Below are positions 1-14,977 of a stretch of 64,000 nucleotides of DNA, piece after piece; the first letter of the stretch is position 1; each line of letters opens with the position of its first letter. Where the stretch lies: NCBI GenBank assembly GCA_951406725.2, contig OX597814.1, positions 106,764,001 through 106,828,000 on the forward strand. Direction: 5' to 3'. The DNA comes from Octopus vulgaris (Eukaryota). The position numbers were made by a program, and so were the translations under genes. Below the pieces are notes generated by a model. That model was not told the origin of the DNA, searched no databases, and worked only from the letters and a program-made list of their open reading frames with translations.

Positions 1-15
1 GGAAGGAAGGAAGGA

Positions 16-95
<80 letters not shown>

Positions 96-110
96 AAAAG
101 AAAGAAAAAA
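1..110. repeat. (GAAA)n/(GGAA)n microsatellite
   Basis: Direct reading of tandem GAAA units. Confidence 0.97.
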
Positions 111-744
111 GAGAAAGGATAACTGCCTAAACTAATTTGAAGCCAACGTATGACAGTTCGAAAAGGTGACCGTCTGCCACAATACTAATCCAGTGATTTT
201 TACCATTCCACACCAATAAACGGCAAGTTAGGTAAGTCTTATTCCGCCATTCTGTTCTATTTCCAGTTGTCGTTATGCTATATTCTACAATCGGTGCTGT
301 AGTTATAACATATATTCGGTACTAGGGGTTTATATCACATTCTATGATATCGTTGTGATTATGGCATATTAAATGATATCACTCTGATCAGGTCCTATTA
401 AATATCCCTCTGGTTATCTCATATAACTTCATATCAGTGAGCATGTCTCATTTTATGTGCTGCAGCCAATGACAAAAGCACTCCACACTTATGAACAATA
501 GCGCTCCAACTGTGACAAACCCATGCTATATTATTACAATACACTATATATCTTGGACTACAGTGTCAAATGTATCCTTGTCAAGTTAACATAAACATTT
601 ATTTATATGAAAGAAAATTGTCGGAGAACTTTCATCTAATTCTTCCAAATTTTTCTGTTAAAACTGTATTGAAACCATTTGTGGGGATTTTTTTTTTCTT
701 ACAGCAACTGGTTGCACGCCTTAAGGTTTGACGGAACCTGCTGA

Positions 745-1080
745 GGGAAACCTCCACGCACGCAGCATTACCATGGCCGATGGCGAGGATAAGTCAATTG
801 GGAAAGCCAAGCGCCCTCACGGGCATCACTTGACACCTCTGTGAGGCCAGCTGCCAACGATGACAAGAACTTTGTGGTTAGTAACCCAGTCACCTCCGAA
901 TGTCTCAAACGCCACAGGTTGGAAGAGATAGTTCACTGTCAGATTCCGATACTTCAGTGTTTTCTTCCGTTCGGCCATGGAAGGAGGGAGTAAAGGAGTC
1001 GCAGACTGTGACACCCCAAATGACGCACCTACCTCTAACCCAGGGACAAAGGGTAAGATCATCCGGTCTCTTTCCATCAC
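745..1080 (-). pseudogene. Degenerate C-terminal restriction-like endonuclease (RLE) fragment of a CRE-like non-LTR retrotransposon
   Basis: Minus strand across frameshifts reads DGKRPDDLTLCPWVRGRCVIWGVTVCDS...AERKKTLKYRNLTVNYLFQPVAFETFG...LAIGHGNAACV. This matches the RPDG..PW..G..WDVT / K..KY / P.A.ET.G / AIQRGNAA motifs of CRE-clade RLE domains. Confidence 0.72.
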
Positions 1081-1492
1081 TTTAAACATCTTCTTTGTTA
1101 AGATTAAGCCGTAAGGTGTAATTTGGAAGAAACGTAGCTATTATTTCTAGCGAGTCGATTAACAATTAGAATCCTTACGCAGTAAATATATGGAGGATTT
1201 ATTCCAATAGTTTAACACTGTAAACAGTGGTAATACTGTAAAAATGATGAGTGTTCTGCGCGGTTGCGCTGCAGGGCAGAATCCAAGTGCATCCATAAAT
1301 CCGTGAAAGGAAAAGGTGGGTGACACTGACTAAACTGATTTATATTGCCTGTAGACAAGTTACTTTACTCTACGCACCCATGAAAATGAAATGTGACTGA
1401 ATAAAGAATTATTGAAGATCTACATTAGAACGATAACAACAGCGCCACCTACAACCAAAGCAACAGCAACAACACCAGTAATTTAAATATAT

Positions 1493-1723
1493 ATTTCTTT
1501 ACTACCACAAGAGGCTAAACATAGAGGGGACAAACAAGGACAGACAAAGGGAATAAGTCGATTACATCGACCCCAGTGCGTAACTGGTACTTAATTTATC
1601 GACCCCGAAAGGATGAAAGGCAAAGTCGACCTCGGCGGAATTTGAACTCAGAACGTAGCGGCAGACGAAATACGGCTACGCATTTCGCCCGGCCTGCTAA
1701 CGTTTCTGCCAGGTCGCCGCCTT
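1493..1723 (-). mobile_element. tRNA-derived SINE, family A (monomer)
   Basis: Minus strand has an A-box-like GGCAGAAACGTTAG, a B-box-like GAGTTCAAATTCC, a central GCCTTTCATCCTTTCGGGGTCGATAAATTAAGTACC domain and an AAAGAAATA tail. Near-identical copies at 8.5 kb and 52.9 kb. Confidence 0.9.
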
Positions 1724-2054
1724 AGAAATTTAAATATAAGCAACAACAATACCGAAGGGAAACTCGACAGCGGCAGCACAACCTCTATCAGCTGAGTTTT
1801 CACATTTTTAAGGATATCAGGTTTTTATATCAAAACTTACTTTCAATGTCATGTTCCTGTTTAATTTAAATTGTCTACATTTTCAATTATATTTCTACAT
1901 TCCTGAGTGGCGACAGTTTAGCAGTGACTGGGGTAAAAATGAACTGTTCCGGACTGGAGTGAATTTATTAACAAATAGCTTTGTACAATAACATATCTAA
2001 ACTTAATCATAGACCAGACAAGTTAATAAATAAATGTACACACGCCACACACGA

Positions 2055-2106
<52 letters not shown>

Positions 2107-2667
2107 CAAAGATATATATGTATATACGTGTGTATATATATACATATATATATTAATCAGCCGAAATTACTACGATGATCCGGTTCTTGACTGAAGACTG
2201 AGGGTTTCGAATGTCCTGTCCGTGTTTATTGTGTCGTCTTCTAAGAGTTATACGTTCTTGTCCATGTTGTATTTTTCTACATACCTTAATATATATATAC
2301 ATACATATATATATGCATATAACACACAATACAGACATCTATTTTAATTTTCAATTAATAAGCATTATTTCTGATGTTTTATTTACTCAGCTGCAAGTCA
2401 GCCCAGACAGACTTAACTATATCCGCTGTTACGTGTAATCCTTCAAAACAGCGTCCATTTAATTTTAAGAGTCTTTCTTTCTTCCTTTCTCTCTTTCTGT
2501 TTCTCTTTCTTTCTTTCTTTCCTTCCTTCCTTTCTGTTAATTCACTAAGGCCCTGCTCGAGAAATATTAACTAATCAAAATATAAAAAAGATACGAATTT
2601 TGTCAGTGTGTGAATGAAATATGTAACCACACACACACACACACACACATGCACGCATGTATGTATG

Positions 2668-2724
<57 letters not shown>

Positions 2725-2822
2725 GTATATATGTATGTATGTATGTATATATGCACGTATATATGTATCTTTGTATGTATGTATGTATGTATGTATGTAT
2801 GTATGTATGTATGTGTAGAGTT

Positions 2823-3192
2823 GTATGTCTTGCTTTTATGTATGTATTCTCATACACATAGTTGCATATCTAGACATGCTCATATATATTTGAATAATAA
2901 ACTTCTGGAAAGTTTTACAGATTTTTACAGTTCCAGTGATGGATTGGATTTGTAGTCTTCAAATTAGCTTTCTCCTTTCTGGTTTTGAGAAGCCTAATTT
3001 CTCAAGATTGTTATTTAGGCAGTGTGTTACATATCCCAGCGCCCCAGTAATTACAGGTATTTACCTGAACTTGTAATTTAAATAGAGTAACTGTAGATTT
3101 CTCTACTGTTCAGCATAGGTGTTCTCTTCTTCACTGATCTTCAGCTTTATGTTAGCATCCGCTGGGCAGCTGATTTCCACAACTGTACACAG
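2823..3192 (-). mobile_element. 5'-truncated R4/Dong-like RLE non-LTR retrotransposon (3' end)
   Basis: Reverse-complement match to 7010-7380. Translates to CTVVEISCPADANIKLKISEEENTYAE...PVITGALGYV...GTVKICKTF. Flanked by (TATG)n on both sides. Confidence 0.85.
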
Positions 3193-4354
3193 TGTATGTA
3201 TGTATGTATGTATGTATGTATGTATGTATGTATGTATGTATGTATGTATGTATGTATGTATGTATGATAGCTACTCAACCTGGAGCGTCTGATGTCATCC
3301 AGTCCGACTAAAGGAACCTTTCCATGAGCTTGCATTTGCTAAAAATTTCAGATCTTCCAGATCTGCATCTCTGTGATCTATTTACATATGTCGGAGATTT
3401 CTTCACGATTCTCCGTTATTCAAACCACCAGTCTTCCTCCAGACACATTGATAAAAATAAGGCCACTAAAATGGTTAGCTGTGTATGAGATTTGAAGACG
3501 AAATGCACACCACCCAGTGGTCATATTTATACCCGGCGGCAGCGATGGAGGTTGACTTATATCCTGCTAGCAATATAAACGTGAGTGCTTATATATATAT
3601 GGACTTGTGGTACACCACAAGTCCATATATGAGGTTCTCTCGTGCAAAATAGCGTCGTATTCTGTATTCTAACACAACATCCACTTTTAATTATGGATAA
3701 ATATTAGTTTTTGATATACATTATACAATATATATATATATATATACATGCAATATGTGACTGTGCTTGTGTGTATCAAAGTTGCTTTTAATTTATTTAA
3801 TAATATTTTATTCATATAATTTTCATGTAACTTTCACAAGAATATCGCCGGATTCTCTCTTTTTCTTGCTTTTATGAAAGTAAAAAAATTGTTTTTCACA
3901 CATTTATTCTACATTTTAATTTTTTCTTGCTTATCTTCTCTCGTTAGGAAACATTAAATATACATTCATATTTATTCTACATTGCGTCTATACAATGTAT
4001 ATATATTGAGATTTTCCAACTAGTAATTAGAGACTTTTTTTAATACACACAGTGCAACAGCCCTCTTTCTACTTAATAACATATTAGTCTACTGATTTAT
4101 AATGTTTTTTTTCTTTCTTCATAAATGTTTCGCAGCTTTATCTCAGTTACATTATTTTCTTGTTTGCCATTTAATCACTCATTATAAACGGACTGTCAAT
4201 TCCTAGTTTTATATTTTCCCCTTTCAGTCAATAAAAACCATTATTTCTTCCGTTGATCAGCTTCGTTTCAGTCAACAACTAAACCATCTGTTCGCTTTAA
4301 ATTATTTAGGAACGGCTTTATCCTACACTTTGCAACAAACCGCATTTCTCTTTA

Positions 4355-4803
<449 letters not shown>

Positions 4804-5112
4804 ACTCTAATCAATGGATTTATGTGTTCCTTCCTTGCTTAGAAACATCTTGTTTCGATTAGGATCTGTTTATTTTATTTTATTGCATTTCCTGCGTAAC
4901 AACTTGTTTTGTGCCGACTGACTGGTCGCAGTTATTTGTTTATGCTAACGTTGTACATGCGAATAAATAAAACATATATGTCATTTTACGCATATATATA
5001 TGGGAGAGAAAGAGAGAGAGGGGGTATACATTCATTCATACATACATACATACATACATACATACATACATACATACATACATACATACATACATACATA
5101 CATACATACGAA

Positions 5113-5222
5113 CAAAAATACCCTGTTGTTGATGTTGAAATTCCAATGAAGGAGCCTTGGATCTAGGTTAGAAACTGGTTCTGTCTCTATTAGCAAGAAA
5201 TCTCGAAATAAGCTGAATAATT
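5113..5222 (+). mobile_element. 3'-terminal tip of the R4/Dong-like element
   Basis: Near-identical to 7446-7545 (AAAAATACC..GTTGATGTTGAAATT..GAGCCTTGGATCTAGGTTAGAAAC..GAAATAA); (CATA)n on both sides. Confidence 0.8.
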
Positions 5223-5324
5223 ACATACAGACATACAAACATCCTTACAAACATACATACATACATACATACATACATACATACATACATACATACATAC
5301 ATACATACATACATACATACATAC

Positions 5325-6200
5325 TAGAATTGACACGAAGCGCAGCCTCTCTTGAATACAAGACCACTACATCACATCACACTTTGAAGGCTATGCGTTT
5401 GCAATCCAAGAACAGGAGGTTGCCACAAAGTTTCGAGTGAACAAGAGAGTGACGTTCTTGTAATCCCAAGGTGCAACCGCATGTGTAGGCTTTGTCATAT
5501 TTCTGTGGAAGACATTACGCATGTGATTGTCAGCTGTCCTAAAATGTCATCACGGTACTTCCTCCCTATGCGGCATGATGTTGCTAAAACAATTTACAAT
5601 GTCATCCGCAAAATAGACAATCCTGAAATAAACTTAGAAAATCCCATTGTTATGGAATACATTCATAAACACCAACTCCAGGAATACTGGTGGAATATTC
5701 CCATCAAAGCTTCTGTCAGATGTAAGCATAACAGGCCGGGTATTGTTGTCTGGGGCAGAGGAGCAAAGGTATGTACCATCATGGAGGTCAGCTGCCCTGC
5801 AGATATAAATATCTCTTTGAAAATCAAAAACAAAGAGGATATCTATGGGCAACTGCTTCAAAACCTCCAGCTTCTATATCCATATCATATTCATACCAAT
5901 AATAATTGGAGCACTAGGTTTTGTTAGTAAATGGTTAAAGGAGAATCTGGATAAACTGGGATTTTCAGAATGAGAAATCGACCATATTCATACATACATA
6001 TATACATTCATACATACATATATACATACACACAAACATACATTATAAGTGTAATCTGTGAGTGGAACTGTAAAAATATGCAAAATTTTTCTCAAGTTCC
6101 AAATGTGAATTTTTCTGTGTTAACTACATCCTAAAGATGGAGCCTTGTATCTCTGCTGGAAACTGGCTCCCTCCTCGGTGGAATATAATAATTAAAATAT
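5325..6200 (+). mobile_element. 5'-truncated R4/Dong-like RLE retrotransposon, second subfamily
   Basis: HFEGYAFAIQEQE, zinc knuckle CRLC..EDITHVIVSC, RHD, HNRP(G/D)IVVW..CTIMEVSCP..K..KEDIY RLE motifs. Starts directly after (CATA)n and is interrupted by CATA-like repeat at about 5985-6042. Confidence 0.88.
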
Positions 6201-6370
6201 AATAATAATTAAAAAATAGAATATTTTTTTATTATAATAATTTTAAAAAATAGAAGAGACATACATACAAAGATACATACATACATACATACATACATAC
6301 ATACATACATACATACATACATACATACATACATACATACATACATACATACATACATACATACATACAT

Positions 6371-7545
6371 GAGGCTGATAACATCATAAGACTTGGAAGG
6401 CAGCTCCCTGAGCAACACTCTTTGTCTGATAACCTAGAATACATGCCCAAAGAAGTTGCACGACTCTACTGCAATGTATCATCAGATGAAAGGATGAGTC
6501 TGTATGAGCAGAAGACTATGCAGGAATATGTTAGTAGAAAGCTCCGTGATGATAGTAACATTGATCATCATCAAAGCAGTTTATCATGGACGAATAGCTG
6601 GATTTCTATCTCCCACTTCGAAGGATATGCGTTTGCGATCCAGGAACAGGAAATATCAACCAAGAACCTGATGCACAAGAGGGGTAGAAATGCGGAAAAA
6701 GCCGTAAAACAGGACAACTGATGCACACTATGTGGAGTTCACACTGAAGATATCACCCACATCATGAGCAGTTGTCCGAAAATGTCATCACGGTTTTATC
6801 TACTAATGAGACATGTTGTAGCTAGGACACTATATAATGAAATCCGTGAGGAGGATAATCCCGAGTAAAAAGAAATAAGAACCCGCAATATGGTGAAAAC
6901 CATAGCCACTTATAATTAAAAGGAATTCTGGTGGAATGCACCAGTGAATACCTCAATAAAATGTAAGCACAGCAAACCTGATATAATGATTTGGGAGAGA
7001 GCAGAGAAACTGTGTACAGTTGTGGAAATTAGCTGAAGATCAGTGAAATAAAGCTGAAGATCAGTGGAAAAAAGAACACCTATGCTGAACTATTGGGAAA
7101 TCTGCAGTTCCTCTATCCAGATTACAAGTTTATACCTGTAATTATTGGGGCTCTGGGATATGTAACACACTGCCTAAATACCAATCTTGAGAAATTAGGC
7201 TTCTCAAAACCAAAAAGGAGAAAACTAATTCGAAGATAACAGATCCAGTCCATCAGTGGAACTGTAAAAATATGTAAAACTTTCCAGAAGTTCGTCATTT
7301 AAGTACATATGAGCATGTCTAGATATGCAACTATATGCATGAGAATACATGCAGAAAAAAAAACATACAAATCTGCACATGCATACATACAAACATACAT
7401 ACATACATACATACATACATACATACATACATACATACATACATACAAAAATACCTTGTCGTTGATGTTGAAATTTTAATGAAAGAGCCTTGGATCTAGG
7501 TTAGAAACCGGTTCTTTCTCTACTGGCAAGAAATCTTGAAATAAA
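6371..7545 (+). mobile_element. 5'-truncated R4/Dong-like RLE retrotransposon with 3' UTR
   Basis: HFEGYAFAIQEQEISTK, CTLCGVHTEDITHIMSSCP, KPDIMIW..CTVVEIS, with stops and frameshifts. Starts after (CATA)n and ends in degenerate (CATA)n. Confidence 0.9.
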
Positions 7546-7792
7546 CATACGAACATACATACAAGCATACTTACAAACAAACATAGAAACATATATACAT
7601 GCATACAAACACACAAACAAACATACATAACATACATGCATGCATGCATACATATATACATACAAACATACTTACATACAAACATACAAACATACATACA
7701 TGCATGCATACATATATACATACATACATTCATACATACATATATACATACATACAAACATACATACGTACATACATACATACATACATACA

Positions 7793-7826
<34 letters not shown>

Positions 7827-8520
7827 CATACATACAAACATAGATACGTACATACATACATGTATACATACACACATACATATATTATTTCCGTTTTTGA
7901 TGAGCCTAGTCGTCGTCCACGACCAAACCTTGTTTTGGGTTTTTTGGGGGGGTTTTTTTCTGTTCTTTTTGTTATTCCGAAACCCCTACATTTTTTTCTT
8001 TTAGTCTAATTTCTCTACAGGCTGCAAATAACGGTAAAAAAATAAGGTTGGTATTGTTTGTTTGTTTTTTTTTCTCATAAACCCAGTATTTTATTTGGAT
8101 AGATTAGAAAACGACGGCTTCCGACTTTTCCCTTTTCATATAAACTTTCTCCAACTTTTTCTTTATTCTCCTCTCTTCCAATTATCTTCCTTTTTTCTAT
8201 TTCCTTTCCAATTTCCTCCTATTCTTCTTTATTTTATTCATTCGGCTTATTTCACATCATTGGACATTTCTCCCCGTGACAAACACCAATGATTATGATC
8301 TTTTCCAGATTCTCCATCCATAGAAGCGAATACTTTCTGATGTCTATATTCATTTCTATACATTAGACAACACACAAAGAGATATTAAAACAATTATACA
8401 TTTGTGAGTCACATCTGTCGTATGATCAGCATCAGCTTCATCATTATAAGATTCCATGTTAAATGGAATGTACACAGTCTATTTATGTATTGAATTCTTT
8501 CTCCATATTTATAAACTTAA

Positions 8521-8927
8521 CCTATTTCTTTACTACCCACAAGGGGATCAACACAGAGAGGACAAACAAGGACAGAAAAACGGATTAAGTCGATTACATC
8601 GACCGCAGTGCGTAACTGGTACTTAATTTATCGACCCCGAAAGGATGAAAGGCAAAGTCGACCTCGGCGGAATTTGAACTCGGAACGTAAAGACACACGA
8701 AATACCTATTTCTTTATTACCCACAAGGGGCTAAACATAGAGGGGACAAACATAGGTATTAAGTCGATTACATCGACACCAGTGCGGAACTGGTGCTTAA
8801 TTTATCGACCCCGAAAGGATGAAAGGCAAAGTCGACCTCGGCGGAATTTGAACTCGGAACGTAAAGACACACGAAATACCGCTAAGCATTTCGCCCGGCA
8901 TACTAACGTTTCTTCCAGCTCACCGCA
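8521..8927 (-). mobile_element. SINE family A, head-to-tail dimer
   Basis: Two consecutive copies of the family A body joined at GAAATACC|TATTTC (8706/8707). Confidence 0.9.
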
Positions 8928-9697
8928 TTTATTATAAACTTTTTATAAACTATTTATAAACTTAACCGTTCTCCAGTCCTTAATATGCACACACGTATCT
9001 ATATTAATGCTTGTATTTATGTTGTAATAAAAACAATCTTACATTAAACTGAAGAACCATTAAATACATTTGTCAGAGGACAGACTTATTCTTTAACAAG
9101 GCTAATAATGACAGCGGTTTCAAAGTTTCGATCATTTATGCCATCATGGAAAAGTGTGTGCATATATAATTTACCTAAAATGTTTTTTTAACGTACTGAC
9201 TAATTGCTAAAATTATTATTATTAATAATCTTACTCTATATAATTATTATTAAATTTATAATTCACTCTCTGATCGAGACTGCAGTTTTCTGAGGGATAG
9301 GTCTTTTCACACACGTGGATATAAAGGTTAAATATGAATCACATTCGACTGTATATCTTTGGAAGTGTGGCTAAATATTAGTCACGCGATGGTGCTTGAT
9401 AGCGTGCATATTTATTCCAACACATGAAAATTTATATTTGGATATTACACTGATGAAAACAAAAGGTAATTATGTTTTACTTTAAGTTCGAAATTAACCG
9501 CTGTCGAATTGATTCATCATTTTTCCCTTTTGCCTACATTCCAAAAAGTGTGTTATTTTCCCGGAGTTTTTATGGTAGTTGAAAAGACATTTCTAATTCA
9601 GTACATGGCGATGCAGTTAGCCGATCCCTCATAATTATGTATATAATTATAGAATATTTTGTGTGCATATATATATATATATACATACATACATACA

Positions 9698-9743
<46 letters not shown>

Positions 9744-9824
9744 TATAAAGGGTAAAATTATTTAAAATAATAACTTATACAACTTATATATATATATTAA
9801 TCATTAATGATTAAATCAATCGAT

Positions 9825-9867
<43 letters not shown>

Positions 9868-10047
9868 CAAAGAGAGTTAGAGGTTGTGGATCCAACCAAG
9901 GAATAGTATCTATCCCTATTCAAAATACTGCTGGTAATATATCCCATTATTGATAAACAAGTGTTGGTTATTGCGTGACTATTACACAATTGACCGCAAC
10001 AAATGGGCGAGGGTAAATAGTGGTTTACCCTTAATTTATACGACACG

Positions 10048-10500
10048 AAGAAAATGGAGGGGATACAGAAATAGTATACATCAACTGTTAGACATTATAT
10101 TATGTCTATTTATTTATTTTAAACAATTATGAGAATATATATACGTATGTAAAGACTGTGTATTACATACACAAGTACATAAGTACCAGTAATTCCTAGA
10201 ATAGAAAAAGAAAAAGAACAGTTTCTTACAGCCGTTTCTGCCAAGAGATCACAATACCCCACTACGGAACACTGAAGAGATGGAAATAACATGTGGGGTA
10301 TTGTGACCTCTTGGCAGAAACGGCTGAAAGGAACTGTTACGTTTCTTTTTCTATTCTAGGAATTACTGGTACTTATGTATGTAATACACAGTCTTTATAT
10401 ATGTATATATATTCGCATAATTGTTTAAAATAAACATATAGCTGTAATATAATGTCCAACGGTTGATGTATACTATTTCTGTATCCCTCCATTTTTTCTT
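10048..10500. repeat. Long imperfect palindrome (arms about 210 bp)
   Basis: 10048-10261 is the reverse complement of 10294-10500; the right end abuts (TA)n. Confidence 0.93.
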
Positions 10501-10501
10501 A

Positions 10502-10547
<46 letters not shown>

Positions 10548-11418
10548 CATTGGGATTTTGACAACCGTTGTTCTTATAAAACCTACATACACCTTTGAAA
10601 GAATACTAGAACCATTTTAAGAAAGATATCTAATGTAGCTGCTTGGCAAAGTAATTCGCGATTCTGACTTTATTTCCTAATTTATGATTATTGTACTGAT
10701 ATTTAATATTTGTCCATGCAAACATAGAATCGCACAGAATATGGGACTTGGCTGTACAGTGTAAAAGAATATACAGGACTTTGAACTTAGAACTCTTTTT
10801 CATTTCTCAGTGTGACCGCACCCCACTTTTTCTTATTTCTTCCATCCTATTTCCTAAAATTGATACCTTCTAAAGGTCACCAGCCCTTGCGAGAAAATGT
10901 GTTTATTTACAAATATGTTGATAGGTATACAATGGAAAAATAAAAAAGAAAGAAAGAAAAAATGAAAAATACTTTGTAATGAAATTTCAATGAATTGGCC
11001 ATACCAAATTTAAACGACCCCTCGCTTTCTCTCCCCCAGCTCTCTCTCTCTCTCTATCTATCTATCTTAATATCTATCCTTTCCCCAAACTTTATTATTA
11101 TTACTTTCTCTCCTCTTTCTTGATTGTCCTGAAACCTTTCCCTCTCTATTCCTCTCAGATTTGCTTCTCTTTATCTTTCTTTCCCTTTATTCAAAAAAAG
11201 CAAAATAAACAATATTCTCCTCTTCAAAATAAAAGGGAAAAACATCCGATTCATATAAATGAAGAACGAAGCGTTCTGTTTTTATAATTTTGATTTTGTT
11301 TTGACGAGTTCGAAAACGAACGAAAGCGCTAATAAAGGATTTTCCAGAATTCTGACTGCCTCCCTTTTCTCAGTATACAATATCTGTGGACCATTTCAAA
11401 CACTCTCTACATATACAT

Positions 11419-11515
<97 letters not shown>

Positions 11516-11518
11516 TAT

Positions 11519-11561
<43 letters not shown>

Positions 11562-11572
11562 TATGATATATG

Positions 11573-11607
<35 letters not shown>

Positions 11608-12412
11608 ATACATATATATATTTATATATGTATATATATGTATGTATATATATGCACGCATATATATATGCATATACATTTAAATATATATACATATATA
11701 TATTTGCATCTATATATATACTTATATGTTTGTGTGTTTGTGTATGTGTACGTGTGTGTGTGTGTGTACTGTACGTCTTTCAAGTATCATCTTGGTTTAA
11801 TAATATTGCTCAATAATTATTGCTGTTTTCTTGCAATGCTTACAGAGTGTTGCAATATTTCTGCGAATGTTTCGAAGGTGGTTCAAGTTGAACAATCAAA
11901 GCGCGCGCGTGCGCATGTGTGTATGCGTGTGTGTGCTGGGGGAGGGGCGGGGTTTCTCATACAGCCGCTTCCCTCTTCATTCGCATCCAAACTCGTTAGT
12001 CTTTATACTTCTTCCGCGTTATGTCATTCACTTTCACTCTTGTTGCCTCTAATTGTAAATCTATCTATTTATCCGTGTATTCATCTATCTATATATCTAT
12101 CCAACAATCTATCTAGCTCTCCACCTATGACCTTCCTTTCACAATCTCTCAACTTTTAAACCTTTCATATAAGTAAAACTCATGCATCCGTTTCGCTTTT
12201 CATATGTGTGTGTGTATATGTTGCTAGTATATATATATATATATCCCTATATAAGTTTGTAGATGTAAATTGTGCAGTTGTCTGTATATGTTTATGTATT
12301 CTAACTGTATGTAAACACAGCAATGTGTATGTCTGTAAAGATAGATTGTGTGTTATGTATTTTTTTGCATTGATATATTATCGTTATGCGATGAAAAATG
12401 TGTGTGTATGCC

Positions 12413-12472
<60 letters not shown>

Positions 12473-13489
12473 ATATATATATATATATATATTTACACAT
12501 ATATATATATGTATGCATGTATATATATATATATACATACATATTCAAATATATATTCATTCAAGTTCATACGTATGTATACGCGTACATATATGGTTGT
12601 GTGTGTTTGCATACGCACATAAATACACATACATATTATTATACATATGAATGTGTATTTATTTATGTGTGTATGTAAGTATGTATGTATGTATGTATGT
12701 ATGTATGTATGTATGTATGTATGTATATATGTATGTATGTTTGTGTGTATGTATGTATGTATATCTTATGATATCTGCATTCATAAGCCGAATATTTCGG
12801 TTACTACAACAAGAAAAACTATACATGACGTTGGTATGTTTGTCTGCGTGTATGTATGTGTTGGGAGTTAGTGGGGGTGTTTCTGTGCGTGTGTACGTGC
12901 GTGCTTGTTTGTTTGTTTGTTTGTGTAAGTCCTGATGTGTCACGTGGTGTCCAATAATCTCTCAGGTCGCTTAAGAAGTAACGAAATGCCATGTCATGCA
13001 ATAGTAATGAACCGTTCATTAATCCATCTTCTGTTAAAGGAGGTAGAAACATCGCTGTCCTTCACTGACTCCTCTACACTGACTTCCATTGCATTTCCAG
13101 ATTTCCTTTGCACTCGACCGGCGTCCAAACTAATCAACCACAAACACTTATATATACATTCAACATACTGCACACATACATGGATGTAGACAACGTTCAA
13201 CATTCTTACATGCATGTTTATACATGCATACATACATACATACATATATATATATGTATGTATGTATGTATGTATTTAAATATATATATGTATGTATGTT
13301 TGTATATATATGTATATATATATACACACACAATATGTATATACATATGTATGTATATATACAAACGTAGGTACAACATATGTTATACATGCGTGTATTT
13401 AGTTTCTAGGTTCGTTTTTGAAGTAGTCATGAATGCATATGTGTGTGCGTGCGTGCTTATATATGTATATATATGTATGTATATGTATG

Positions 13490-13588
<99 letters not shown>

Positions 13589-14082
13589 AAATATATATGT
13601 AAATATATTTTAATATATGCATACCAGTATGTATGTAGGTATGTCAGTGTGCATGCGTGAGTACATGTAAGAATCGAGTGCGTTTCTACGTCGGCATATT
13701 TGTTTCCTCTTTCGAAATGTCTTCCTCCCCGTTACTTGAATGCTTTTTCTTTCATTTTTCTCAAATATAAACTTAGGACTTTTCTAGAAAGCTATACATT
13801 CATATAACCAAATATGTATATACATGTACACACATAAATATATGAATACATATATGTATATGTATGTGTCACATATATATGTATGAGAGAGGGAGAAAAT
13901 GAGAAAGAGAGAGGCATATTTATGGGAAGGTACAGGGTATAAGACCACAAAGTACCAGAAGTTGAGTTTGGAACTTGATGCCATAAAATTAGATCATGCA
14001 AGACATCTTAGAAGTTAAAAGAAGGAAATATTAAAAATTTTACAAGAACATACTTGCATACATACATACATACATACATACA

Positions 14083-14165
<83 letters not shown>

Positions 14166-14274
14166 GTACATATATATACATATATATACATATATATATA
14201 CATATATATCCACACATATATACATATATACATATATATGTATATATACAAATAGATATATATGTATAAATGTA

Positions 14275-14326
<52 letters not shown>

Positions 14327-14445
14327 CATATATATATATACATATATACATATATATGTATATATATATACATAGATCTAAATATATATATATACACATA
14401 TATATAAATATATATATATACATATATATATACATATATATATAA

Positions 14446-14526
<81 letters not shown>

Positions 14527-14886
14527 GAAAACGTTTCTTTTTATTGAAATATTGAAGACGATAAGAAAAAAGAAAACACGGGAAAAGGCTGAAGAAGCGC
14601 TGTGGTGTCTTTAGTTTTCGATGTTGATGTTATGTATTTCTGAATAAAATTAGAAAATAAATCGATCAGAGTTCAAATCGTGAAATAGCCAATCACCGTA
14701 AAGATATTCCTTTGGGTGGTTCTTTCGTTTGTACTTTCTTCAATCTGTTCTAATCGGTGTACGCGGAGGAGGAGTGGAAGAAGTAGATAGGTATGCATGT
14801 AGTACCTACACACTTGCACACATATATTAATGCTTGCGTATATATATATATGTATGTATGTATGTATATATGTATGTATGTATATG

Positions 14887-14977
<91 letters not shown>

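Noticed and set aside
1179-1348. Possible minus-strand exon bounded by TACAG and GTAAGG
   Set aside because: All three frames contain stops and there is no other support.
2187-2220. CTGAAGA..CGAATGTC hammerhead-like string
   Set aside because: GAAA is incomplete and no stem I pairing is available; at most a decayed copy.
12994-13140. Unique-looking stretch with protein-like minus-strand translation (MEVSVEESVKDSDVSTSF)
   Set aside because: No recognisable motif or convincing splice sites; embedded in microsatellites.
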